DNA of 64,000 nucleotides from Nanobdellota archaeon (GTDB lineage: Archaea > Nanobdellota > Nanobdellia > Pacearchaeales > GW2011-AR1): positions 64,001 through 128,000 of the forward strand of contig JBBSXO010000003.1 of NCBI GenBank assembly GCA_038045705.1. The letters are read 5' to 3'. Made by a program: the position numbers and the translations under genes. Shown here piece after piece: positions 36,647 through 46,660 of this stretch (within the stretch, counting starts at the first letter, position 1; each line of letters starts with the position of its first letter). The notes below the pieces were generated by a model, which saw nothing but the letters and a program-made list of their open reading frames with translations, made no database searches and was not told the origin of the DNA.

Positions 36647-37605
36647 TTCACTTCCTCTAACAACTTAATCTTTGAAACAAAGAAACCTTCACTATTATTA
36701 TCTTGCGGATAAATTCTGCAAGTCTTCTGCATCTCAGAACTATACTCTTGCCCTTCCCAAGAAACTACTCCAGATCTACATTTCAAAGGTAAATTAACAG
36801 TTTCAATTGAAACTGGAAAATTATTCAAAGCAAAATCCACAACTGATTCATTTTCTTCAGGAGAATGTGTACAAGTAGAATATACTAAAGTTCCTCCGAC
36901 TTTCAAACATTTAATTGCATTTGCAATCAACTTCTTCTGCTCCCTAGAAAGTTTGTCTACTACTTTTATATTCCACATTAAAAACGCTTTAGCAGAACTT
37001 CGTAAAGTTCCTTCTCCAGAACAAGGAGCATCAAGCAATATTTTATCAAATTTAAAACCTTCTTTACCAAGCCTAGAGCATAATCCAACTCCATCATTTC
37101 TAACAATAACTGAATTCATAACTCCACAACGTTCTAAATTAGCAGCAAGTATTCTAAGTCTATCAAGCTTAACATCATTTGCAACTAAAGTCCCTGTATT
37201 TTCCATCTTTGCAGCAATTTGAGTAGTCTTGCTTCCTGGAGAAGCACAAACATCTAAAACTCTCTCTCCAGGTTTAACATCTAAAGCAATTACACTCATC
37301 ATACTACAAACCTCTTGAATATAATAATATCCTAGTAAATGTTCTATCGCATTTCCAAGCTCTCCAGGTTTAAGTTCTTGATCAACAAGCATTATTTCAG
37401 GATATTTAGAGAACGGTCTAACAATTTTCCATCTTTTAGACAGTCTATCAAATAATTCATCGCAATTTATCTTCAAAGTGTTACATCTAATATAATTTAG
37501 AGGCTTCTCATGTATAATATTATTATATTTAGCAAAGTCTTCTGCATCAGTAAGCAGTTTTTTCATTCGCTCTTCAAAAAGAGCTTTCATTTCAGGTTTA
37601 GCCAT
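36643..37605 (-). CDS. RsmB/NOP2 RNA m5C methyltransferase
   Basis: DVCASPGSKT, LLDAPCSG, YSTCT..EENE. Confidence 0.95.
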   Translation of the reverse strand: MAKPEMKALFEERMKKLLTDAEDFAKYNNIIHEKPLNYIRCNTLKINCDELFDRLSKRWKIVRPFSKYPEIMLVDQELKPGELGNAIEHLLGYYYIQEVCSMMSVIALDVKPGERVLDVCASPGSKTTQIAAKMENTGTLVANDVKLDRLRILAANLERCGVMNSVIVRNDGVGLCSRLGKEGFKFDKILLDAPCSGEGTLRSSAKAFLMWNIKVVDKLSREQKKLIANAIKCLKVGGTLVYSTCTHSPEENESVVDFALNNFPVSIETVNLPLKCRSGVVSWEGQEYSSEMQKTCRIYPQDNNSEGFFVSKIKLLEEVK

Positions 37606-37636
37606 AATAAGTCAAGGAAAAAGAGAGTTTTAAAGT

Positions 37637-38029
37637 CTATTCAATACCCATAGACCTATTAACAATATCAAAACCATCTCTATCTAAAGGATGAAGAGTA
37701 TTACCGATTAAATTTCCTTGAACACGAGGATTAGTCATTAAAGGAATACTAGAATCAACTTCAATTTTAACAGATCCCTTAATAGTTTTATAGATCTCAT
37801 CAGCGAACTTTCTGCTCATTGGAGTAGCAACTCTAAGGACATCAACAATTGTACCTTGAATTGATTTAGCAACACCACCATAAATTCTATCTATATGATA
37901 AAGAATAACAATAGGGGGACTTTGGGATGGAATTGCTTTAGAACCATATAAAGAAAGGTAGAGTCTCTCCATGCCTTGAGCATAACTTCTAACTATTTCG
38001 TCCATGCTTATCAATGGTTGAGGAGACAC
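37637..38029 (-). CDS. hypothetical protein
   Basis: 130-aa frame. Confidence 0.55.
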   Translation of the reverse strand: MSPQPLISMDEIVRSYAQGMERLYLSLYGSKAIPSQSPPIVILYHIDRIYGGVAKSIQGTIVDVLRVATPMSRKFADEIYKTIKGSVKIEVDSSIPLMTNPRVQGNLIGNTLHPLDRDGFDIVNRSMGIE

Positions 38030-38118
38030 AACATAAATAGTATGGCTAGTATATATCTTTATCTAATTAAAGTAGAAAATCCTTTATTTCACTAACTTAC
38101 AAATATACATCTCAAATT

Positions 38119-38364
38119 TTATTCATTCAATGGGTTGTAACAACCTTCCCATCCTCTCTTCTCAAGTACAGCAGAATCAATACTACAAGAACAGCTACTA
38201 GGTCCCTCCCAACGCTCACCAGTTATAGAATTGCACATTAATCTAATATCATCTGTACAAACTTGGTTTAAACAAACCTGAAAATCACTTCTATAAAAAA
38301 ATAAAAAATATCCAGCAATTAAAATGAATATAACTACAATAGAGATAATGAGTTTTCTGTTCAT
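38119..38364 (-). CDS. small membrane-anchored Cys-rich protein
   Basis: N-terminal TM, 6 Cys, GW.GC. Confidence 0.7.
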   Translation of the reverse strand: MNRKLIISIVVIFILIAGYFLFFYRSDFQVCLNQVCTDDIRLMCNSITGERWEGPSSCSCSIDSAVLEKRGWEGCYNPLNE

Positions 38365-38448
38365 CTAAATATAATAAGTTATATTCTTTAAAAATGTTAT
38401 CAAAATCAGCAGCCCTGTGTTATCCGATTAATATTTCCTTTCGATAGA

Positions 38449-38778
38449 TTAAATGATTCCTTCATTTTCAATAATATGCTTTCGTTCTTTTAAATTTAAA
38501 TTATTCAAAACACAATCATCTAATCTTGGATGAAAAAGACCCTTATCTTTAAAGTCAATAATATTATCTACATTTAATATTATCTAATTACATCTTTTAG
38601 CAAGCAAATATATAAGTTCATTTTTAGGTGGTTGTTGTATTTTAATCACTCTTACCAAACTCTTACCATCTAGATAAGCCACATGTTGAGTTAAACCTGC
38701 ATAAGTTTTCCCAAAGATAAAACCTAAATGCTATAGATCAATTAGAGAACTGACTGCCCTGGCAATGCAAATTATCAA
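38449..38778 (-). pseudogene. interrupted reading frame of about 110 codons
   Basis: One frame with TAG at 38731-38733 and 38584-38586; protein-like composition. Confidence 0.35.
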
Positions 38779-38832
38779 TAATTAAAAAACATTAAAAGGA
38801 AAAGCTATTAAAACAAATAAATATATTCTTAC

Positions 38833-40047
38833 ATGAAAAAAGTAGCTCGGTTCTTAATAATTATAATTATAGTATCTATTTTTATTGCAATAATTTCTTA
38901 CAAGCAAATAACAATAGAATCTTCTAAAGTTCAATCAAGCCCAGAAAACATTATCTCTGAAGAGTCTAAAGAACAACCTATTGAAGAGAAAATATGGAAT
39001 CAAAGAATCGAGTCTGCGTTAGCAACAGAAAACTGCATAACTCCTGAAAATAGAAAATTTGGAGATTTATATTACAATGGCCAATTAATAGATACACATT
39101 TTCATATTGCAAATATTCCAGACAGCACGCCATCAGAACAAGAGCAAGATTATTCAAATGAAGAAATGCCATTATTAGGGGTAAACACGAAAATAACAGA
39201 CATCATATGCACATTAGAAAAAGAGGGAACTAAAAAAGTTTTTGCATTCTTCCCAGTATATAAAGAAGTCTCAGAACCAATGATTGAATTAGTAAAAAGA
39301 ACAATGAAAGAGTATCCCGATAATTTTGTCCCGTTTATTATGGCTCCCGATCATGACGATTCAGTCGATGGTTTTCCAACAGTAGAATCTCAAATATTAC
39401 AGAACATGCTTAATATAGAACAAGATCTTTTCAAAGGCTATGGAGAAATAGGTCTATATGCTCGCGGAGATCATGGAGGTCCTAAAGGATCACCAGAGCT
39501 TCCTCCAGACAGTCAAAGACTTCAAGAAATTTACCCAATAATTAGAGAGAATAATTTAATAATATATTTTCACCTAGGAGAAAATCAAGAAGATAGTTTT
39601 AAAAAAGTATTAGAACAAAATCCAGATATTAACTTTATTTGGCATGGAGATCAGTTAATCCCTTATGAAGATGGAAAACAAAATCTAAAATTAATTGATG
39701 AAATACTAACGAATTATCCAAATGCGTATTATGGTGTAGATGAATTATATGGAGATACTTGGATCCTAAAACCAGAAACAAAAAAAGAAGATTTTATCAA
39801 GCATTTTGATGATTATGAAATTCTTCTAAATGAAGATATTTCTACTTGGAAAGCATTTATAGAAAAACACCCCAACCAAGTCCTATGGGGAACAGATAGA
39901 GGCTGGAGTGCTCCATGGTCTGTTGATGAAGATGTTGGAATAATATTAACTAACTATGCAAGAGCATTCATAGCACGTTTAGATCCAGAAGTCCAAGAAA
40001 AATTTGCATATAAAAATGCAGAAAAACTGATTAATGGTAATATTTAA
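38833..40047 (+). CDS. membrane-anchored amidohydrolase (Amidohydro_2-like)
   Basis: N-terminal TM; IDTHFH, GEIG, FH, WHG, WGTD. Confidence 0.85.
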   Translation: MKKVARFLIIIIIVSIFIAIISYKQITIESSKVQSSPENIISEESKEQPIEEKIWNQRIESALATENCITPENRKFGDLYYNGQLIDTHFHIANIPDSTPSEQEQDYSNEEMPLLGVNTKITDIICTLEKEGTKKVFAFFPVYKEVSEPMIELVKRTMKEYPDNFVPFIMAPDHDDSVDGFPTVESQILQNMLNIEQDLFKGYGEIGLYARGDHGGPKGSPELPPDSQRLQEIYPIIRENNLIIYFHLGENQEDSFKKVLEQNPDINFIWHGDQLIPYEDGKQNLKLIDEILTNYPNAYYGVDELYGDTWILKPETKKEDFIKHFDDYEILLNEDISTWKAFIEKHPNQVLWGTDRGWSAPWSVDEDVGIILTNYARAFIARLDPEVQEKFAYKNAEKLINGNI

Positions 40048-40151
40048 TTATAATACTATTAAGAAATATTATCCAAAACTAGAAGAACTAGAGAACCCTT
40101 GAATAACCCAAACCCACAAATAGTTATATACCGTTATCTTATGAATTTTAT

Positions 40152-42374
40152 ATGGCAGTTGAAGCATTTCTTACACCATCAGAATCAAAAATAACAATAG
40201 AAAAACCGGTAAAACAAAAACCATCAACAAAAGAATTAACTAAAATAGAGAAACCAGGAAACATCCAAGATAAAGAAGAGCAAATACAAAAAGAAAAAAG
40301 ACCAAGAACAAAAAAACCAAAAGCTTCAGCAAAAATAGAATCTCCTAATAAAGACATAATTCTAATTGTAACAGAAAAACCACAGGCAGCTCTAAAGATC
40401 GCAAGCGCATTATCAAGTTCAGCAAGAAAATACAATGAAAACAACATTCCATATTATGAGTTAGAAAGAGACAATAAGAGAATAATAGTTGCTTCAGCAG
40501 TAGGTCATTTATTCAATCTAACTTACGTTAAAGGACAATCAGGCTGGCCAATATTCAATTTAGAATGGATACCCTCTTACGAAAACAAAACGGCTTCATT
40601 CACAAAAGGATACTACATGCTTCTAAAAAAGTTAGGAAAAAGAGCAAAAGAAGTAATAATTGCTACAGACTATGATGTAGAAGGCGAATTAATTGGTTGG
40701 AATGTCCTCCGTTTCATCATAGGACAAAAAGATGCCAAAAGAATGAAGTATTCTACACTTACAAAACCAGAGTTAGAAAAATCATATGAGAACCCAATGA
40801 AAACATTGGATTGGGGTCAAGCATATGCTGGAGAAACAAGACATAAAATCGATTGGTTGTATGGTATAAATCTTTCAAGAGCCTTAATGTCTGCAATAAA
40901 AAAAGCAGGTTCTTTCAAAATTTTATCAATAGGTAGAGTTCAAGGACCTACTCTAAAAATCATAGTAGATAGAGATAAAGAAATAGAAATTTTCAAATCT
41001 CAACCTTATTGGCAGGTTTTTGCTAAGGTAAAAGATACAAATCTAAAGCACGTAAAAGATATTTTCAAAAAAGAAGAATTAGAAGATTTCAAAAACATAA
41101 AAGATGGATTTGCAGAGACAACTGAAAAAGAGGAAAATTATCCACCCCCTCATCCATTTGATCTAACAACATTACAAAGAGAAGCTTATTCACAACTAAG
41201 AATAAGTCCATCAAGAACACTACAATTAGCTCAGTCTCTCTACCTTGATGGAATAATCTCATACCCAAGAACATCATCTCAAAAAATACCAAAGGAAATA
41301 GAGCCAAAAAAAATAATCTCAAAGTTATCAAAACATTTTCATGAAACCAAATTAGCAATTAGGGATAATCCAATAGAAGGTGAAAAATCAGATCCTGCAC
41401 ACCCTTCCATATACCCTACAGGAGAATTCAAGAAATTAAGTGAAGAAGAAGAAAGATTATACAATCTAATTGTAAAAAGATTTCTAGCTTGTTTTGCGCA
41501 AGATGCAAAAGTAATTTCAAAGAGGATTCAACTAATTTCAGATAATCAGAAGAAGTTCACGAAAAATGGATTAACAATACAAGAAGCAGGATGGACAAAA
41601 GTATATCCTGCATCATTGGAAGAAGAACAAATCAATACCATTAATGGTCAAGTTAATGTGGATAAAATATCTTTTGAAGAAAAAGAAACTCAACCTCCAA
41701 AAAGATATACTCCTGCTTCTTTAATCACATTACTAGAAAAAAAGAATTTAGGGACAAAAGCAACAAGATCTGCAATAGTAGACACTTTGTTTGACAGAGG
41801 TTATCTAGATGGAAAAAGCATTCAAGCAACTCCATTAGGAGTAAAACTAATAGAGTCGTTAGAAAAATATTCTCCAATAATAATAGACGAAAACCTAACT
41901 CGCGATGTTGAAGAAAAAACAGAAGAAATACTAGACTCAAAATCTGGATGGCAAGAAAAAGAAGACAAAACAATAGAGCAAGTAGAAAGGCTAATTACAG
42001 ATATCTCAAAAGAATTCAAAGCACATGAACAATCAATAGGAAATCAAATCTTATCAGGGGTAAAAGAATTAAGAGAACAACAAAAAGAACAAAACACAAT
42101 AATGCCATGCCCTAAATGCAAAATAGGAAACTTGCAGATAAGATTCTCAAAAAAGAGCATGAAATCATTTGTAGGTTGTTCAAACTACCCAAACTGCAAT
42201 GCAGTTTATCCTCTCCCTCAAGGATTAATAAAAAAGACAGATAAAAATTCAGAAAATGGTCTACCAATATTAATTGCATTAAGAAAAGGCAAGCGCCCAT
42301 GGGAATTTGAGTTTAACCCTAATTGGAAACCAGATCCTAACTACAAAAAAGATAAGGAAAAAGAACAATCATAA
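40152..42374 (+). CDS. topA: type IA DNA topoisomerase
   Basis: TEKP, ATDYDVEGE, SIGRVQ, ISYPRT, LGTKATR, C4 zinc finger. Confidence 0.96.
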   Translation: MAVEAFLTPSESKITIEKPVKQKPSTKELTKIEKPGNIQDKEEQIQKEKRPRTKKPKASAKIESPNKDIILIVTEKPQAALKIASALSSSARKYNENNIPYYELERDNKRIIVASAVGHLFNLTYVKGQSGWPIFNLEWIPSYENKTASFTKGYYMLLKKLGKRAKEVIIATDYDVEGELIGWNVLRFIIGQKDAKRMKYSTLTKPELEKSYENPMKTLDWGQAYAGETRHKIDWLYGINLSRALMSAIKKAGSFKILSIGRVQGPTLKIIVDRDKEIEIFKSQPYWQVFAKVKDTNLKHVKDIFKKEELEDFKNIKDGFAETTEKEENYPPPHPFDLTTLQREAYSQLRISPSRTLQLAQSLYLDGIISYPRTSSQKIPKEIEPKKIISKLSKHFHETKLAIRDNPIEGEKSDPAHPSIYPTGEFKKLSEEEERLYNLIVKRFLACFAQDAKVISKRIQLISDNQKKFTKNGLTIQEAGWTKVYPASLEEEQINTINGQVNVDKISFEEKETQPPKRYTPASLITLLEKKNLGTKATRSAIVDTLFDRGYLDGKSIQATPLGVKLIESLEKYSPIIIDENLTRDVEEKTEEILDSKSGWQEKEDKTIEQVERLITDISKEFKAHEQSIGNQILSGVKELREQQKEQNTIMPCPKCKIGNLQIRFSKKSMKSFVGCSNYPNCNAVYPLPQGLIKKTDKNSENGLPILIALRKGKRPWEFEFNPNWKPDPNYKKDKEKEQS

Positions 42375-42542
42375 ATTCCTACCATTAGGTAGAAAAAAGT
42401 CTAAATAGTAAGTCTTACTCTAGAAAATATTAAAATAATAAAGCCAAATTCATATAGAATAACGAGAAAGACAGTTAATAAAAGTTTATTAGAAAACATC
42501 ATCTGTAGAAAAACTTAAAACACATTAAACAATATAGAGTAA

Positions 42543-44321
42543 ATGAAAAATAGTAAAGAGTTAGATGTCAAATACATTCTGAAAACTTATTGGAGTTTTG
42601 TTAAAAATTATAAATTGCTTATTTTAGGTGTAACAATTTCAGTATTATTAATTACCTTATCAAGCATAGGAGTGAGATATTTATTCAAGTACCTCTTAGA
42701 TAACGGAGAATTATTTTCTAACGGGGAAATAACAATATCTATTTTTACAAATCTTATTCTCTTAGTTGCAATTCTGTGGGCGGTAGCAGTATTCATAGCC
42801 TGTACAGCCAGATGGTTTAGATCGCATTTTATAAACATACTAGAAGCAAAGTCAGTATTTAACTTAAAAAATTATTATTACAACCACATATTAACTCTTT
42901 CATACAAATTTCACACTACTCATAAAACAGGTTCTCTAATCTCACGATTATTAAGGGGTTCAAGCGCAATGGAAAGAATCTCAAATTTCGCATTTTACCA
43001 AACATTAGCAATTATCTTTGAAGTGGCATTATCAGGTACCGCTCTAATTCTTGTAAGTTGGAAAATAGGCTTAGTTATTGTATTAACAGCTATAATTTTC
43101 ACAACATATAGCTATAATCTACAAAAAAGGCAAAGAGAATTAAAAGTAGTCGCGAATACTATAGAAGACATAGAAAAAGCATTTACCTCTGACACTTTAA
43201 CAAATATAGATTCAATAAAATATTATGGTAAAGAAAATGTGATTATGAACAAATATTATTCTGCAACAGAAAAAACAAAAAATGCCTGGTTTAAAGAATC
43301 TCAACTTGATCGTTGGAGAAGCTCTATTGAAAGCTTGATTATGAATATTGGAGGGTTAATAGTTATAATTATAGCAACAATATCTTTCATGAAAGGAGAT
43401 TCGACTATTGGTGTATTGTCATTCACTTGGATGTCCTATTGGGCCATAATAAGCAGTATGCAGACATTTATGGAAGGACTAAGAGGGTACAATAGAGCTG
43501 TTGCAGATTTCAAAGACTTATTTGAATATGGAAAAGTTCAAAACGACATCAAAGATAAAAAAGATGCAAAAGACTTAGAAATAAAAGAAGGAGTTATCGA
43601 ATTTGATAATGTCAACTTTCAATACCACCAATCAGGCTTGTTCAAAGACTTCAACCTTAAAGTTCAAAAAAATCAAAAAGTAGCATTAGTAGGGCACTCA
43701 GGTTCAGGTAAATCTACTCTAGTAAAATTACTTTATAGATTATATGATTTGGATAATGGTCAAATAAAAATAGACAATATGAATATAAAAGATGTTAAAC
43801 AAGAATCTTTACGTTCAGAATTAAGCATAGTTCCTCAAGAATGTGTTTTGTTTGATGATACAATATATAACAATATTTTATTTTCAAATCCAAAGGCATC
43901 TTACAAAGAAGTAATGCAGGCAATAAAATTTGCTCAATTAGATAAAGCAATAATAAATTTCCCTAATAAAGAGAAGACAATCGTAGGAGAGAGAGGAGTT
44001 AAACTTTCAGGTGGGGAGAAGCAAAGAGTATCTATAGCAAGAGCAATTTTAGCAAATAAGAAAGTCCTAGTATTAGATGAAGCAACTTCTTCATTGGATT
44101 CAAAAACAGAACATGAAATACAAAAGGATTTACAAAAACTAATGGAAGGAAGAACTTCAATAATTATAGCGCATAGATTATCAACAATAATGAATGCAGA
44201 TTTAATAGTTGTTCTAAGCAAAGGAAAAATAGTTCAACAAGGAACACATAAACAATTAATTAGTAAATTAGGGATTTACAAAGAACTATGGAGCCTTCAA
44301 AAAGGCGGATATATTGAGTAA
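42543..44321 (+). CDS. ABC exporter, fused TMD-NBD
   Basis: GHSGSGKS, LSGGEKQR, LDEATS, AHRLST. Confidence 0.95.
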   Translation: MKNSKELDVKYILKTYWSFVKNYKLLILGVTISVLLITLSSIGVRYLFKYLLDNGELFSNGEITISIFTNLILLVAILWAVAVFIACTARWFRSHFINILEAKSVFNLKNYYYNHILTLSYKFHTTHKTGSLISRLLRGSSAMERISNFAFYQTLAIIFEVALSGTALILVSWKIGLVIVLTAIIFTTYSYNLQKRQRELKVVANTIEDIEKAFTSDTLTNIDSIKYYGKENVIMNKYYSATEKTKNAWFKESQLDRWRSSIESLIMNIGGLIVIIIATISFMKGDSTIGVLSFTWMSYWAIISSMQTFMEGLRGYNRAVADFKDLFEYGKVQNDIKDKKDAKDLEIKEGVIEFDNVNFQYHQSGLFKDFNLKVQKNQKVALVGHSGSGKSTLVKLLYRLYDLDNGQIKIDNMNIKDVKQESLRSELSIVPQECVLFDDTIYNNILFSNPKASYKEVMQAIKFAQLDKAIINFPNKEKTIVGERGVKLSGGEKQRVSIARAILANKKVLVLDEATSSLDSKTEHEIQKDLQKLMEGRTSIIIAHRLSTIMNADLIVVLSKGKIVQQGTHKQLISKLGIYKELWSLQKGGYIE

Positions 44322-44327
44322 TAGGTT

Positions 44328-44564
44328 CTATTTATTATAAAAAGTGTGTACAAATTTGCTATAATCTCCTTTTCCTAAAGCACCAGGTGTCAGACTGGTA
44401 TCAGCAACATATACATTATATTTATCTACAAGTCCTTGAGCAATAAAATCCTTAAGTCTTCCAACTAAATTCAAAATATTCCCTTCTCTAATATTAACAT
44501 TTCCATCTCTATCACAAAAAACAAATGAGTCTCCATCTCTTTCAACAAAATTAGGTCTAGACAT
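44328..44564 (-). CDS. hypothetical protein
   Basis: 78 aa, 1 nt downstream of rpl15e. Confidence 0.6.
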   Translation of the reverse strand: MSRPNFVERDGDSFVFCDRDGNVNIREGNILNLVGRLKDFIAQGLVDKYNVYVADTSLTPGALGKGDYSKFVHTFYNK

Positions 44565-44565
44565 T

Positions 44566-45150
44566 TTACTTCCCGCGTCTATTCCAAGCTCTTAGAGAAG
44601 GTCTAACTTTCAAAGCAGGACTATGTCCTCTTCTTGTTATCAATCCACGAGATTGCTTACCCGCAGATGTCAGACCGCGCTCAACTCTACCTCTGTGGTG
44701 TCCAGAGTAAATCCAACTCATAGTCTTATCATTTTTAATTTCAGGCATATGAGGATCAACCAAAATTACTTCAAAAAAATAATGTTTCCCATCCTTTCCA
44801 ATCCAATAAGAATTCAAAACTTCAAGATTGTTAAAAAACTTAGTAGCCCTCATTTCCGCAACCCATCTATAACTCATCTTCAAGGTCTTCCTAATAGTTT
44901 GTTTTCTAGTTTTACGACCCTTAACACCATGTCTCTTCCTTGTTCTTCCACCCCTCATAACACGTATACGAGCAACAACAAAACCTTTTTTTGCCTTATA
45001 TCCAAGAGATCTAGCTCTATCTAGTCTTAAAGGTTTATCAACAACCACTACTGCTTCTCCAGCACGCCAAGCAATCATTCTTTCACGCATAATTGCAGTA
45101 TCAGGTTTCTTCCACGCCTCACGCATATAATGATACATACTTTGTGCCAT
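44566..45150 (-). CDS. rpl15e: 50S ribosomal protein eL15
   Basis: RLDRARSLGYKAKKG, EVLNSYW, RGLTSAGK. Confidence 0.97.
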   Translation of the reverse strand: MAQSMYHYMREAWKKPDTAIMRERMIAWRAGEAVVVVDKPLRLDRARSLGYKAKKGFVVARIRVMRGGRTRKRHGVKGRKTRKQTIRKTLKMSYRWVAEMRATKFFNNLEVLNSYWIGKDGKHYFFEVILVDPHMPEIKNDKTMSWIYSGHHRGRVERGLTSAGKQSRGLITRRGHSPALKVRPSLRAWNRRGK

Positions 45151-45152
45151 GT

Positions 45153-45227
45153 TCAGAATTCTCTAATATTGCATGAGAAGTCATGCCAGTTTAATTCTGA
45201 ATCATAAACAAACTTTGTTTGTGCCAT
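45153..45227 (-). promoter_or_regulatory. 24-codon uORF and hairpin leader of rpl15e
   Basis: MAQTKFVYDSELNWHDFSCNIREF*; stop 2 nt before the rpl15e ATG; TTTTTAAA about 25 nt upstream. Confidence 0.5.
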
Positions 45228-45265
45228 TCTAGATTTTGTAAATCACCGTTTAAAAAGGCTTCTAT

Positions 45266-45664
45266 TCAGTTCAAAAAAACAGATCCATTTACATTATAAA
45301 TAAAGTTATTACCTATTATAATATCTCCTATAACATTAGAAATAGGAAGCGCAACAGCATGTTTTCCATCCAGTGTTCTGACATAAACCGAATTCTCTAG
45401 AATATTAGCTTGATATTCCAGTCCATTCAAATTACTAGGAAGACTAAATTGCCTTGAATAACCATTGGCAGATCCATGTGCCAAAACTATCTCATCCTGT
45501 ACTGTAAGAGCAACTTCTTTAACTAGAGCAGAAAGAGCCTCTCGCTGAGTATCAGCTATCTTATTTTGAACAAAATAAAGCATACCCACAAATAGAAAAA
45601 GAACAGCAATAACGAGAATCACAAACTCAATAGCAGACTGACCTCTGTTTTTTTTAAAATTCAC
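45266..45664 (-). CDS. type IV pilin-like protein
   Basis: Class III signal RG/QSAIEF. Confidence 0.88.
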   Translation of the reverse strand: MNFKKNRGQSAIEFVILVIAVLFLFVGMLYFVQNKIADTQREALSALVKEVALTVQDEIVLAHGSANGYSRQFSLPSNLNGLEYQANILENSVYVRTLDGKHAVALPISNVIGDIIIGNNFIYNVNGSVFLN

Positions 45665-46064
45665 TGATTAATACCTCATTCTGTTGTGCTAAAATCTCTA
45701 TTCTTTTTACACCATCAGTATGAGATACATTTCCAGATAATGGAACATTACTTGTAAAAGACATAGTAGTTATTCCAGAACTTGTAGATATGCTCACAAC
45801 TATTTCATCAGGTGCTATTTCAAAACGAGTTATTCCAATAGGCAAATAGCCTGTAATTGTCAGTTTTGAAGGTTCGCCAGCATAAAAAACAGATTCTGCG
45901 CTAGAAATTATTTTGTTAGCAAGGTTAGAAACTTGAGAAACCTTTATCTGATCATTAGTTATTGAAGTATAAAAAAAAGCAACACCCAAAATTCCCAATA
46001 CAAGAAAAACAACAAATCCAACAACTATCAAGTATTCAGTACTTATCTGTCCATTCTTTAACAT
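45654..46064 (-). CDS. type IV pilin-like protein
   Basis: KNG/QISTEY class III signal. Confidence 0.88.
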   Translation of the reverse strand: MLKNGQISTEYLIVVGFVVFLVLGILGVAFFYTSITNDQIKVSQVSNLANKIISSAESVFYAGEPSKLTITGYLPIGITRFEIAPDEIVVSISTSSGITTMSFTSNVPLSGNVSHTDGVKRIEILAQQNEVLISEF

Positions 46065-46114
46065 AAAAGAAGAAAGCAGACAAGGTTTATAAAATAAGTG
46101 ACCTATATCCAGAT

Positions 46115-46660
46115 ATGAGTAATAAAAGAGGAAGAGGCTTAAACATAGTTATATCTTTAATTATCTTGTTTGCTGTAATTCACGGAACAACACATATCAT
46201 TCTTTTTGGAACAAGTTTGTCTTTAGTCAAAACTATCGGATTATCTGGTTTAGCAATAGGAGATACAAACACAGAAAATATTGAAAACTCAATAAAACAA
46301 AATGAAAAAATAACATTGCCATCAATTATGATAATAATAGCTGAATGGGTCTTAATTTTTTCACTTCTAACATTATCTTCTATAAAAAAACATGTAGCAG
46401 AATCTATGCAAAAATCAACACATATAGAATTAATCAAAAAAAAGAATAAGTCTGACACAGAAATAGATGTTTTATATGAAATGCTTAAGAAAAATAAAAG
46501 AATCGCTCTGTCAAGACTAGCAGAACTATTCAAAGTAGATAAAAAAGTGGTTGAAGAATGGGGAAAAATATTGGAAGAAAATGGTTACGTAGTAGTAGAT
46601 TATCCAAGATTCGGAGAAATAGAACTAAGACTAAAAGATGAAGAAACACCTAAAGTATAA
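46115..46660 (+). CDS. two-TM protein with C-terminal winged helix, pilus locus
   Basis: TEIDVLYE..LSRLAELFKVDKKVVEEWGKILE. Confidence 0.75.
   Translation: MSNKRGRGLNIVISLIILFAVIHGTTHIILFGTSLSLVKTIGLSGLAIGDTNTENIENSIKQNEKITLPSIMIIIAEWVLIFSLLTLSSIKKHVAESMQKSTHIELIKKKNKSDTEIDVLYEMLKKNKRIALSRLAELFKVDKKVVEEWGKILEENGYVVVDYPRFGEIELRLKDEETPKV

Noticed and set aside
38449-38778. Amber recoding or pyrrolysine use
   Set aside because: TAG ends intact genes here (e.g. fen, cdc48, the HerA-like ATPase), and no pyl genes are visible
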